Source: Candidatus Latescibacterota bacterium (GTDB lineage: Bacteria; Latescibacterota; UBA2968; UBA8231). From it: a DNA stretch of 64,000 nt. The stretch lies in the NCBI GenBank assembly GCA_965242865.1, contig CBDETK010000013.1:4064001-4128000 (forward strand). Reading direction: 5' to 3'. Positions 1 through 9,253 of the stretch are shown one piece after another (position 1 is the stretch's first letter; each line of letters opens with the position of its first letter). The position numbers and the translations under genes are program-made. The notes under the pieces are model-generated. The model was not told the origin of the DNA. It saw only the letters and a program-made list of their open reading frames with translations, and searched no databases.

Positions 1-534
1 AACTCGTTGTCCATAGAGGCCGAGCCGGTAGATGCGTACTCCCTAAACGATAGGGCGATTACGAGGATTCCGACAAAGATAGGCGTAGGTGCGCTGACGA
101 CGTTAGCGACAACAGTCATACTAGCCGAAACAATATTTCAACCAAAAGATAACTTTACAGAAGAAAATGCTCTGTTTTCAAAGGAAGACGAAGCCTACCT
201 TATATCCCTCTCTTTCGGACTACTTGTCGGATACCCTCTTGGCGTGTACTTGGCCGATCCGGTGGAGAGCTCCTGCTGGATGACATTCGTGGGGGGGTAT
301 GGTCTGGCTCTGGGAGGGTGGGCGACCGGAAGCGATCTGATCGCTGGGGTGGTTGTTTCTGGGGCTCCAATAATGGCGTCGGAGCTATCCCGGCTACTGC
401 CCAAGCCGTTTCGCAATCCCAACCCATTCAAATGGCTATTCGGAACGTTTGGTCAGCCTAGCCCCCGCGTATCTTTCGGGTTGGCGCCGCAGCCCCAAAG
501 GGGCCTGTCGGCCAGAGCCACGCTCCGCTTCTAA
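1..534 (+). CDS. Hypothetical membrane or outer-membrane-associated protein, probably 5'-truncated by the window edge
   Basis: Frame is open from base 1; Gly-rich hydrophobic segments; C-terminus ARATLRF has alternating residues and a terminal Phe. Confidence 0.5.
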   Translation, partial: NSLSIEAEPVDAYSLNDRAITRIPTKIGVGALTTLATTVILAETIFQPKDNFTEENALFSKEDEAYLISLSFGLLVGYPLGVYLADPVESSCWMTFVGGYGLALGGWATGSDLIAGVVVSGAPIMASELSRLLPKPFRNPNPFKWLFGTFGQPSPRVSFGLAPQPQRGLSARATLRF

Positions 535-868
535 TTCCCATGAGGCTAATGACCGCTGCCACGACCCTGTTTGCCGTAAGCACGGTAGAGGAGGCGTCGC
601 TGACCGCACCGCCCGCGCCGACGCTGGTATGCCGCTGGCGTCTGAGTTATATTATACCGCTTGAGGAGGCCACGGCGGCCAAATCACCTTGCTGCGCTGG
701 CGAAAGCCAGCCACAGAACGCGCCTAATACAGGGGTATTATATAATGTATAGTCAATCGTCGGCGAGCAGATCGCAATGCACCCGACCCCCTTGCTGCGC
801 TGAAGGATAAGGGGCCGCGAGGTGGCGGTATGAAGACGATCCAAGCAAAAAGCGGAGGTCCATAGCGA

Positions 869-3283
869 ATGCTCGGAAGAAAAAATAGGAACCCGAACCA
901 AGAGATCGAAGAGTATCGGGATTTAATGCAGGTCCCGGACCGCTTTGAGAACGGCTTTACGATCAAGGCCGTCCTCGGCGTGTTCTTCGTCGCCTTTATC
1001 ATGGTGCCGGGCAATATGTACCTGAGCCTGATGATCGGCGGCTCTTTGGGGGCGGCGGCCGAGTGGGTGACGATCATCCTCTTCGCCGAAATCACCAAAC
1101 GCTCCTTTTCCTCCCTTCGTCGCCAAGAAGTCTATGTGCTGTTCTACGTGGCCGCCTCCCTGATCGCGGCTGAGACCGGTGCCTTTGAGGGCTTGCTCTA
1201 CAACCAGTACTTGGTGCAATCGCCGGCCGCCAAGCAGTTCGGCATCACCAAGCTGATTCCCACCTGGGTAGCGCCGCAGCCCGACTCCCTCGCGATCATC
1301 GAGCGCACCTTCCTGCACTCGGATTGGGCGATGCCGATCGTGCTCCTCGTCTTGGGGATGATCATCTCGCGCGTCAACTGGTTCACCATGTCGTACGCGC
1401 TCTTCCGGCTCAGCTCCGACTACGAGCGCCTGCCCTTCCCCTTCGCGCCCGTCAACGCGCAAGGCGCGACAGCACTGGCCGAGACGACCCAAGGACTTGA
1501 GACGTGGCGCTGGCGAGTATTTTCGGCCGGGGCGATGATCGGCTTGGTCTTTGGCACGATTTACGTGGCCCTGCCGGCCATTACCGGCGCGCTGCTGACC
1601 GAGCCGATCCAACTCATCCCCATCCCCTTTGTTGACTTCACCCAAGTCACCGGCAACTTCATCCCAGCCACCCCGCTCGGATTTACCGCGCACTTGGGGC
1701 CGATCTTTACCGGGTTGGTGGTGCCGTTCTGGGGCGTGGTCGGCACCTTTATCGGCGTGGTCGTCGCCTCAATTGCCAATCCGCTGCTTTACACTTGGAC
1801 GCCGCCGTGGCGCGAGGAGCCGTACCTGAACTTGTGGCAGCAAGGCATGGGCACGGTCGAGACCTTCTTCGTCAACAACGTGGATTTCTGGATGAGCTTT
1901 GGCATTGGCACCACCGTCGCCATCGCCATCATTGGCATCTATCAGGTCGTTCAGAGCATCCGCGGGGCTAGGGCCAACGCCAGCGACGACAGCCCCCGCA
2001 GCTTTGCCGCTCCCGCCGGCCGCGGCGATTTCCCGATATGGTTGGCACTGGCCCTCTACGCCTTGGCCACGGCTGGGCTGATCGGCATCGCCGCTTGGCT
2101 GCTGCCGGGCATTGCCCAATTTATATGGTTCTTCCTCTTCTTTGGTTTCGTCTTCACGCCCTTTCAGTCCTTTGTCAACGCCCGCCTAGTGGGGATGGTG
2201 GGGCAGACAGTGGACATCCCCTTCGTGCGCGAGGCCACGATCATCCTGTCGGGGTATCGCGGCGTTGACATCTGGTTCATTCCGTTTCCTTTGGGCAACT
2301 ACGGCGCCCAAACCATGAAGTTCCGCGAAATCGAGCTGACCGGCACCCAGTTTACCAGCATCATCCGCGCCGAGATTTTCATGGTGCCCATCGTGCTGTT
2401 CACCAGCTTTCTCTACGGCTCCTACATCTGGAAACTGGCACCGATCCCGTCGGCCTCCTACCCCTATGCCCAGCTAATCTGGCGGCTGCGCGCCTACCAG
2501 CAATGCCTCTTTATCACCGGGACCATGCGCAGCGAACTGGCCATCGATAAGGACCGGGCCGGCTGGACGCCGGCCAATCTAATCGAGAACGAGTGGTGGT
2601 ACTGGCGCGTGCGGCTGGTGGATCAAGAGTGGCTCGACTCCAGCGGCAAGCGCGGCCAAGTCGGCCCGTGGATGCCGACCCAAGTGTTCTACTCGTACTT
2701 TGAGCAGGGCGCGCCCGACATTGTCGCCGAGCGCTACCTGCGCGACGCCCGGCAGGCCGACGAGGAAATTGTCGAGGGCCTGCCGGGCATTGCCCCGGTC
2801 GGGCCGGCCATGGACACCATCATTCGCGATCCCCGCCCGACCCTCGAAGTGCAGATCGAGCGCGCCGTGCCGGCCGGCTGGTCCTTTTACTTTGAGGTCG
2901 ATACCGATCCGCTCTTTACCAGCTCTTGGATCCAGCGATCCACGGACGTGCCTTGGCTCTTTAGGGCGCTGAAAACAGAGGTCATCGCCTTTGGGGCTGG
3001 CTTTGGGCTGGTGAGTTTCATTCTGCTGTCCATTCTCGGGCTGCCGATCCTGCTGATCTTTGGCTTTGTGCGCTCGCTGACGTCGCTGCCGCACTTCGTG
3101 GTGACCGAGATCATCGGCGCCTTCTTGGCCCGCTACTACTTCTGGAACAAGTACGGGCGGCAAGAGTGGCGGCAGTTTGCCCCGATTCTGGCGGTGGGCT
3201 TTTCCTGCGGCATGGCCTTGATGGGCATGGCGTCCGTGGGAATCGCCCTGATCCAGAAGTCGGTCTCCGTGCTGATCTTCTAG
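869..3283 (+). CDS. OPT/YSL-like oligopeptide transporter family membrane protein with a ~145-aa soluble insertion
   Basis: 804 aa with many TM helices; N-terminal GFTIKAVLG...YLSL pattern and ERLPFP motif; GGAGGT SD at 854-859; hydrophilic beta-rich insert encoded at ~2525-2955. Confidence 0.7.
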   Translation: MLGRKNRNPNQEIEEYRDLMQVPDRFENGFTIKAVLGVFFVAFIMVPGNMYLSLMIGGSLGAAAEWVTIILFAEITKRSFSSLRRQEVYVLFYVAASLIAAETGAFEGLLYNQYLVQSPAAKQFGITKLIPTWVAPQPDSLAIIERTFLHSDWAMPIVLLVLGMIISRVNWFTMSYALFRLSSDYERLPFPFAPVNAQGATALAETTQGLETWRWRVFSAGAMIGLVFGTIYVALPAITGALLTEPIQLIPIPFVDFTQVTGNFIPATPLGFTAHLGPIFTGLVVPFWGVVGTFIGVVVASIANPLLYTWTPPWREEPYLNLWQQGMGTVETFFVNNVDFWMSFGIGTTVAIAIIGIYQVVQSIRGARANASDDSPRSFAAPAGRGDFPIWLALALYALATAGLIGIAAWLLPGIAQFIWFFLFFGFVFTPFQSFVNARLVGMVGQTVDIPFVREATIILSGYRGVDIWFIPFPLGNYGAQTMKFREIELTGTQFTSIIRAEIFMVPIVLFTSFLYGSYIWKLAPIPSASYPYAQLIWRLRAYQQCLFITGTMRSELAIDKDRAGWTPANLIENEWWYWRVRLVDQEWLDSSGKRGQVGPWMPTQVFYSYFEQGAPDIVAERYLRDARQADEEIVEGLPGIAPVGPAMDTIIRDPRPTLEVQIERAVPAGWSFYFEVDTDPLFTSSWIQRSTDVPWLFRALKTEVIAFGAGFGLVSFILLSILGLPILLIFGFVRSLTSLPHFVVTEIIGAFLARYYFWNKYGRQEWRQFAPILAVGFSCGMALMGMASVGIALIQKSVSVLIF

Positions 3284-3284
3284 C

Positions 3285-4277
3285 ATGGGCGATTGGGTGG
3301 ATTTCGCGTGGCAGGGGCTGCGGTTGTCCGTGCCGGGCGACTGGAATCTCGGCCGGGTTGACGGCGACTTTGAAAAGGGCTACGCCCGGCTCGACGACGC
3401 CGAGATCGTGCGCGCCGAGATCGAATGGCGGCGTCTCAGAAGCCGCGGCGAGGCCCTGCGCCTGACCGAGCTGGTCGACCGCTACTTGGCCAACCTGCAA
3501 AAGAAGGCCCAAAAGGCCGATGCCCCCTTTGAAGTCCAGCGCCGCGCCCGGTTCCTCAAAAACAAGCAATTCCTCCAAGGCCGCGAGTACGAGGTCTTTA
3601 TATGGGAGGCCGATTTCCGCGCGTACAACCTCGCGCTGGCCTTGGAGTCTGGGCGGGTTGTGCTCCTGCGCGTGCTGGCCCGGCTCGATGAGTTTTTGCC
3701 CGACCAAGCCGAGGCCGTGTTCAGCTCGCTCGCCGACCAAGAAGCCGAGGCCGCGCACCTGTGGAGCGTGTACGGCTTGCGGTTTTTCGCCCCCAGCGAC
3801 CTCAAGCTGCAAAGCCATTCCCTCAAGTCGGGGCACCTCCAGTTGGAGTTTACCCGCGGCAAACAGACGCTGCGGGTCCATCGGTTGAGCATGGCCCGAA
3901 TCATGCTCAAAGGCGCGGCCATCCAAGACTGGTATCCGGTCTTTTTTAAGAAGCCGTTGCGCGACTTGGTGGTGGATGTCGTGCCAGAAGCCGTGCAAGG
4001 CTGCGAGGGCATTCGCGTCGAGGGGCGGCCGCGCAGCCGCTGGCGTCAACTGCTGCGTCCCCTGCCCTTTATGAACCCGAGGCCGCGCCTGTATCTTCGG
4101 GGGCGCGTCTGGCGCGATGCCAGCCTCGACAAAATCGCCATCGTCGAGCACCTCTACCGCAAGAAAGACCTACAAGACGATCTCGTCGCCAAGGTAGTAG
4201 ATGGGCATTTTATCGAAAAACAAGGGACCCAAGCTGAGCCGGGCCGCCATGCTGGCGTCGCGGCCAACGCGCAATGA
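3285..4277 (+). CDS. Conserved hypothetical protein with two similar domains (PsbP/Mog1/DcrB-like start motifs)
   Basis: Starts 1 nt after the transporter stop; internal repeat FAWQGLRLSVPGDWNL versus WSVYGLRFFAPSDLKL. Confidence 0.65.
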   Translation: MGDWVDFAWQGLRLSVPGDWNLGRVDGDFEKGYARLDDAEIVRAEIEWRRLRSRGEALRLTELVDRYLANLQKKAQKADAPFEVQRRARFLKNKQFLQGREYEVFIWEADFRAYNLALALESGRVVLLRVLARLDEFLPDQAEAVFSSLADQEAEAAHLWSVYGLRFFAPSDLKLQSHSLKSGHLQLEFTRGKQTLRVHRLSMARIMLKGAAIQDWYPVFFKKPLRDLVVDVVPEAVQGCEGIRVEGRPRSRWRQLLRPLPFMNPRPRLYLRGRVWRDASLDKIAIVEHLYRKKDLQDDLVAKVVDGHFIEKQGTQAEPGRHAGVAANAQ

Positions 4278-4632
4278 CTCCCTGCGCTGGGAACCCAACG
4301 ACAACGGCGAAATCCAGGTCTTTATAACGCGCCAAGAGACCTGGAAGGTGCGGCTGCTGTCCAAGTTTTTCTACATCCCCAAACAGCGCAAAATCACCCT
4401 CGACGAGGTCGGCAGCGAGGTCTGGCGGATGTGCAACGGCCGCAACTCAGTCGGCAAGATGATCGACCTGCTCAGCGACCAGTACCAGCTCAACCGCAAG
4501 GAGGCCGAAGTCTCCCTGCTCCAGTATTTGAAAACCCTCGGGCAGAAGCGCTTTATCGGCTTTGTGCTAGAGGGCGACGACAGGCCGCCCAACCGCGGCG
4601 CGGCCAGCGGAAAGAAATGGCAAAAGAAATAA
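4201..4632 (+). CDS. PqqD family / RiPP recognition element (RRE) protein
   Basis: LDEVGSEVWRMCNGRNSVGKMIDLLSDQYQLNRKEAEVSLLQYLKTLGQKRFI matches the PqqD winged-helix pattern; overlaps the upstream gene. Confidence 0.8.
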   Translation: MGILSKNKGPKLSRAAMLASRPTRNDSLRWEPNDNGEIQVFITRQETWKVRLLSKFFYIPKQRKITLDEVGSEVWRMCNGRNSVGKMIDLLSDQYQLNRKEAEVSLLQYLKTLGQKRFIGFVLEGDDRPPNRGAASGKKWQKK

Positions 4633-5237
4633 AGAGGGGCGAGCGCTGGGCTCGTCCCTCTTTTCGTCGGCACTCGCACCGGGCCGCCCGCTTCCTCTCG
4701 CACGCGCTCAATCCCGCGCTGTTGGCGCTGTTGGTATTCGGCGTTCAAGCACACGGGCAGGACGCTTGGCTCGCCGGCGCGGTGGCGATCGGGGCCTTCT
4801 CCTTGATCCCCGGGTTGCTCCTCTGGCGCTTGGTGCGGTCGGGCTATCTCGACCAAGCCTATACAGACGACCTCAGCAAGCGCGCCACCCTGCTCTTGTT
4901 GGGTGCGCTGTGCTATGCGTTGGGGACGGCCGCCCTCTGGGGAATCGACGCCCCGCCGCTAATGCGAGTCACGGCCGCGGCTTGCGTGGTCAGTACGCTC
5001 TTGGTTTGGTGGATCAATCGCTCCTACAAAATCAGCATTCACGCGGCTGGTGTTGGGGGGGCAACCTGCGTACTGTTGATCAGCAGCGGCAGCGCGGCGT
5101 GGCCCTGTTTATTGAGTTGGCCGGCCGTTGCTTGGGCGCGGCTTTACCTGCGGGCGCATACGCCCATGCAGCTCGGAGCCGGCGGTGCGCTGGGCGCGGG
5201 GAGCATGGCCCTGCTGTACAGTGCTTTCATACCGTGA
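4617..5237 (+). CDS. PAP2-like (phosphoesterase-related) integral membrane protein
   Basis: About 6 TM segments; KISIHAAG and WARLYLRAHTPMQL resemble PAP2 C2/C3 motifs; start moved to ATG 4617. Confidence 0.65.
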   Translation: MAKEIKRGERWARPSFRRHSHRAARFLSHALNPALLALLVFGVQAHGQDAWLAGAVAIGAFSLIPGLLLWRLVRSGYLDQAYTDDLSKRATLLLLGALCYALGTAALWGIDAPPLMRVTAAACVVSTLLVWWINRSYKISIHAAGVGGATCVLLISSGSAAWPCLLSWPAVAWARLYLRAHTPMQLGAGGALGAGSMALLYSAFIP

Positions 5238-5251
5238 CGCGAGCGCGGCAG

Positions 5252-7420
5252 ATGGACCAATCGTACAAAGGCTTTATCGATCGCCTGACTTACCACAACC
5301 CGGAAAACGGCTATACCATTGCGCGCTTAGTCGTAGAGGGCCAGCGCGAGCGGATCGCAATCGTGGGGACGCTGGCCTCCGTCCAAGAGGGCGAGAGCGT
5401 CGAAGTGGCCGGCGCGTGGACCAATCATCCCAAATACGGCAAGCAATTCAAGGTCGAGCACTACAAGGCCGTTTATCCCTCGACCCTTGAAGGGATGCAA
5501 AAGTACCTCGGGTCCGGTCTGATCAAAGGCGTCGGGGCAAAATCGGCCAAGCGCATCGTCGAGCACTTTGGCGCGGAAACGCTCGACATCATCGACGCAG
5601 ATCCCCGTCGGCTAGCGGAAGTGCCCAAGCTGGGCCAAAAGAGAGTCGAGCTGATTGCCGCGGCTTGGGACGAGCAGCGGCAGATCAAGGACGTGATGGT
5701 CTTTTTGCAGTCGCACGGGATTACCACCGGCTACGCAGTGAAAATTTTTAAGACCTACGGTCAGCAGGCCATTCAAAAGGTCCGCCGCGATCCCTATCGC
5801 TTGGAGCGCGATGTGGATGGAATCGGCTTCCGCATCGCCGACCGCATTGCCCAGCGCTTGGGACTCGGCCGCGACGCCCCCGAGCGCGTACAGGCCGGCA
5901 TCCGCTACCTGCTCTCCCAAGCAGCCGACGAGGGCCACGTGTACCTGCCGGCCGTCCAAATGATGGAGCGGGCTGTCGAAATTTTGGCCATTGACGCCGA
6001 GCTGTTGCCGCCGGCCTTAGAGGCTCTGCGCGCCGACGACGGCGTGGTCACCGAAGATATGCACTACTATCTGCCGCCGCTCCACCGCGCCGAAGTGGGC
6101 GCGGCCTCGTCGCTAAAGCGGCTTTTGCGCACGCCGGCCCAAGAGTTGACCGTGCCGGCAGAAGACGAGGACGAGCTGACGTTGGCCCCGGCGCAAAAAC
6201 AGGCGGTGGCATGGGTTGCCACGAGCAAAGTGCTGGTGCTGACCGGCGGCCCGGGCACGGGCAAGACGACGGTCACGCGGCGCATCTTGCGCCTGTTGGA
6301 GGAAGGCGGCCTCGCGGTTGGGTTGTGCTCGCCTACGGGCCGAGCGGCCAAGCGGCTGAGCGAAGCCAGCGGGCGCACGGCCAAGACCATTCACCGGCTG
6401 CTGGAGTTTCAGCCGGGCGAGCGGCAATTCAAAAGAGGCTACGACAACCGCCTCGAGCTCGACGCGCTGATCGTCGATGAGGCTTCCATGATCGACGTGG
6501 TGCTGATGAACGCGCTCCTGCGCGCCTTGCCCGACCGCGCTCGGGTGGTGCTCGTCGGCGACATTGACCAGCTGCCCTCGGTCGGGCCGGGCAACGTGCT
6601 CCGCGACATCATCGACTCCGCAGAAGTGCCGGTGGTGCGCCTGACGCAGATTTTTCGCCAAGCCCAAAAAAGCCACATCATCCGCAACGCGCACCGCATC
6701 AACAGCGGCGAAATGCCCATCGTCGAGAACCAGGCGGGCGCGGATTTCTACTTTATCCAAGAAGGCGACCCAGAGCGGGTGGTCGAGCTGGTGGAAGAGC
6801 TGTGCGCCACGCGCCTGCCCAGCTATCGGGGGTGGGACCGACGCGCCGACATCCAAGTGCTCGCGCCCATGTACCGCGGCGAGACCGGCGCACTCAACCT
6901 CAACCAACGCCTGCAACAGCGTCTCAACCCGCACGGCCCAGTGCATCGCCATCGCGGGGGCGAGTTCCGGGTGGGGGATAAGGTCATGCAGGTCAAAAAC
7001 GACTACGACAAGGGCGTTTTTAACGGCGACATCGGCACGGTCGAGCGGCTCGACGCAGAAAAGCAGGTGCTCTACGTGCTCTTTGACCACACCTTGGAAT
7101 ACGATCAAGTGGATCTCGACCAGCTGACCCTCGCCTACGCCATCAGCATCCACCGCTCGCAGGGGTCGGAATTTCCCGTGGTGGTCCTGCCGCTGACGAC
7201 CCAGCACTACGTGATGCTCCAGCGCAACCTGCTCTACACGGCCATTACCCGCGCCAAGCAGATGATCGTCATCGTCGGCACTTCCAAGGCCCTCAAGCTG
7301 GCCATTGCAAACGACCAAGTGGCCCAGCGGTACACCACGCTCAAAGAACGGCTGTGCGACGAGGTCGGCGCGGTGCTGCAAGCGGGGCAAGCACCCGAGA
7401 AAGGCCAAAACCATCTATGA
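5252..7420 (+). CDS. recD2: ATP-dependent RecD-like DNA helicase (RecD2)
   Basis: N-terminal YHNPENGYTIARL and HPKYGKQF, HhH motifs, Walker A GGPGTGKT, DEASM, AYAISIHRSQGSEF, LLYTAITRA; start moved to ATG 5252. Confidence 0.93.
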   Translation: MDQSYKGFIDRLTYHNPENGYTIARLVVEGQRERIAIVGTLASVQEGESVEVAGAWTNHPKYGKQFKVEHYKAVYPSTLEGMQKYLGSGLIKGVGAKSAKRIVEHFGAETLDIIDADPRRLAEVPKLGQKRVELIAAAWDEQRQIKDVMVFLQSHGITTGYAVKIFKTYGQQAIQKVRRDPYRLERDVDGIGFRIADRIAQRLGLGRDAPERVQAGIRYLLSQAADEGHVYLPAVQMMERAVEILAIDAELLPPALEALRADDGVVTEDMHYYLPPLHRAEVGAASSLKRLLRTPAQELTVPAEDEDELTLAPAQKQAVAWVATSKVLVLTGGPGTGKTTVTRRILRLLEEGGLAVGLCSPTGRAAKRLSEASGRTAKTIHRLLEFQPGERQFKRGYDNRLELDALIVDEASMIDVVLMNALLRALPDRARVVLVGDIDQLPSVGPGNVLRDIIDSAEVPVVRLTQIFRQAQKSHIIRNAHRINSGEMPIVENQAGADFYFIQEGDPERVVELVEELCATRLPSYRGWDRRADIQVLAPMYRGETGALNLNQRLQQRLNPHGPVHRHRGGEFRVGDKVMQVKNDYDKGVFNGDIGTVERLDAEKQVLYVLFDHTLEYDQVDLDQLTLAYAISIHRSQGSEFPVVVLPLTTQHYVMLQRNLLYTAITRAKQMIVIVGTSKALKLAIANDQVAQRYTTLKERLCDEVGAVLQAGQAPEKGQNHL

Positions 7421-8187
7421 ACGAGTACCACATTGCCAACGAGAACCGCTGGAATCGGGCCGCGCCTCAGTACGCGGAAAAGCACGACAAAAAAGGGACG
7501 TGGCGGATTGCCCACCAGCAGCGAGAAGTCGTCTTCTGCGAGCGAGAATTGGAACTGATGGGGCCGGTTCGCAATCGAGACGTTTGCGTTCTCGGCAGCG
7601 GCGATAACCTCGCGGTGTTCGCCTTGGCGGGCATGGGCGCTCGCGTGACCTCGGTCGATATTTCCCGCGAACAGCTAAAAGTGGCGCGGCAGCGGTCCGC
7701 CGAACTCGGCTTGCGCGTCCAGTACGTCAAAGCGGACGTAACCAACCTCAGCGGCTTGGCGAGTGCGGCCTTTGATCTGGTGTACACGGGCGGTCACGTC
7801 GCAGTCTGGGTGGCCGATCTGCGTGCGTACTACCGCGAGGCCATTCGCATTCTGCGCCCCAGCGGCCTGCTCTTGATCAACGAATACCACCCCTTCAGAA
7901 GGATATGGAAGGACCAAAAGACGGCCTTAGAGGTTGGGTATAGCTACTTTGACCATGGACCTCACCAGTACAACACCTCCGCAGAGCTGCTGTCCGACCG
8001 GTCTGCTGGCGACACCGTGCAGTACGAATTTCACTGGACGGTCGCTCAGTATCTCAAGGCGGTTATCGAGCAAGGCGTGGAATTGGTCGAGTTTGAGGAG
8101 CTGGGGGACGAGGCCGAAGGCTGGGAGTATGCTCCACTGGCGGGGCTGCCGCAAATGCTGTTGATCGCCGGCCGAAAGCGGCCCTAG
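7417..8187 (+). CDS. Class I SAM-dependent methyltransferase
   Basis: Motif I VCVLGSGD, VDIS, FDLVY, RILRPSGLL and EYHP; ATGA overlap with the recD2 stop. Confidence 0.85.
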   Translation: MNEYHIANENRWNRAAPQYAEKHDKKGTWRIAHQQREVVFCERELELMGPVRNRDVCVLGSGDNLAVFALAGMGARVTSVDISREQLKVARQRSAELGLRVQYVKADVTNLSGLASAAFDLVYTGGHVAVWVADLRAYYREAIRILRPSGLLLINEYHPFRRIWKDQKTALEVGYSYFDHGPHQYNTSAELLSDRSAGDTVQYEFHWTVAQYLKAVIEQGVELVEFEELGDEAEGWEYAPLAGLPQMLLIAGRKRP

Positions 8188-8999
8188 CCGTCGCGCTCCT
8201 CGACGAGGAGGGTATGCACCCCGGCCTCGTCCCAGCGTTGCTGGTCTTGCGGCTGGATGCGATAGCCGATCACAACCGCCAACGCATCCTGCAAAAACAC
8301 CGCGTTTAAGGCATCGGCCGCTTGTCGCGCCCGCTCCAAGTCGCGTTGGCTGATGGCGTTAGATACCTCAACGGCGACCCACACGGGCGTGCGATTTGCC
8401 TTGCGCTGCGCCCGGACGATGAGGTCGGTCGCGTTAATGCGGGTTTCCTGCCCGTCGTCAATGACGCCCGCATCAAAGGCTTCTTCCACCGGCTGGAACA
8501 GTTCGGGATGGGTGTCTTGGACCGGACTTTGCAGAACCTGCGCCCGGCGCAACCCCAGCCGCTGGCTGATCAGCGGTCGAATCCGCCGATGGAGCTTCAC
8601 TTCCAACATGTCGCCCTTGAGTATGGCTAAGTCGGTTTCTACCCGCGTCACACGGGCTTTGAGTTCAGCCACGTCGGCTTCTATCCGCGTCATGCGAGTT
8701 TTAAGTTCAGCCACGTCGGCTTCTATCCGCGTCATGCGGGTATTGAGTTCAGCCACGTCGGCTTCTATCCGCGTCATGCGGGTATTGAGTTCAGCCATGT
8801 CGGTTTCTACCCGCGTCATGCGAGTTTTGAATTCAGCCACGTCGGCTTCTATCCGCTCCAAGCGGATGGGCATGCCGAGGAATTCGTTGGTCAGCAAGGC
8901 CCGCAACAACAGGGTCTGGGCGTTGGGGTTGGCTTGCAATTCGGCGATGATGCGAGCTACCAAGGACTCGGAGTCAAGGGAAGAGGGTATCGTAGTCAT
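8184..8999 (-). CDS. Heptad-repeat coiled-coil protein with C-terminal PD-(D/E)xK-like domain
   Basis: Repeated TRMTRIEADVAEL(N/K) units; C-terminal DLIV...VAVEVS...DLERA; SD AGAGGT upstream. Confidence 0.7.
   Translation of the reverse strand: MTTIPSSLDSESLVARIIAELQANPNAQTLLLRALLTNEFLGMPIRLERIEADVAEFKTRMTRVETDMAELNTRMTRIEADVAELNTRMTRIEADVAELKTRMTRIEADVAELKARVTRVETDLAILKGDMLEVKLHRRIRPLISQRLGLRRAQVLQSPVQDTHPELFQPVEEAFDAGVIDDGQETRINATDLIVRAQRKANRTPVWVAVEVSNAISQRDLERARQAADALNAVFLQDALAVVIGYRIQPQDQQRWDEAGVHTLLVEERDG
8631..8856. repeat. 42-bp tandem repeat, about 5.4 copies, inside the coiled-coil gene
   Basis: Unit GTCGGCTTCTATCCGCGTCATGCGGGTATTGAGTTCAGCCAC starts at 8631, 8673, 8715, 8757, 8799 and 8841 (partial). 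Confidence 0.95.
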
Positions 9000-9074
9000 G
9001 GCTTACCTCTGTTGCATGGTTGGCGGTCTCTGCATTTGACCGCGGTGCTTTCGGGGCACTAGAAAATAATATAG

Positions 9075-9102
9075 ACAAAGCGAAACAAAGCGAAACAAAG
9101 CG
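9075..9102. repeat. 10-bp tandem repeat ACAAAGCGAA, nearly 3 copies, upstream of the coiled-coil gene
   Basis: Seen directly: acaaagcgaa acaaagcgaa acaaagcg. Confidence 0.8.
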
Positions 9103-9253
9103 CGAGGCCCCACTCAAGTTAAAGCAATATACGTGCCAGTGCCGACGGTCGGGGGAGCGGTGGCTTGTGGGCGGCGCACACTGTGTCGGAAAGCACCCAC
9201 CGCTGGGTTGTTTACGCGCCGCTGGGCGTCGTGGGGCAAGCGGTCCGGCAAGC

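Noticed and set aside
540-752. 70-aa ORF as RiPP precursor for the PqqD protein
   Set aside because: No clear SD, no leader/core pattern, overlaps an AT-rich promoter-like stretch, and no modifying enzyme nearby.
4766-5251. N-terminal extension of RecD2
   Set aside because: Overlaps the PAP2-like gene; RecD2 motifs begin at Met 5252.
8631-8856. Possible CRISPR array
   Set aside because: Units are contiguous with no unique spacers, are a multiple of 3 and encode heptads in frame; no cas genes.
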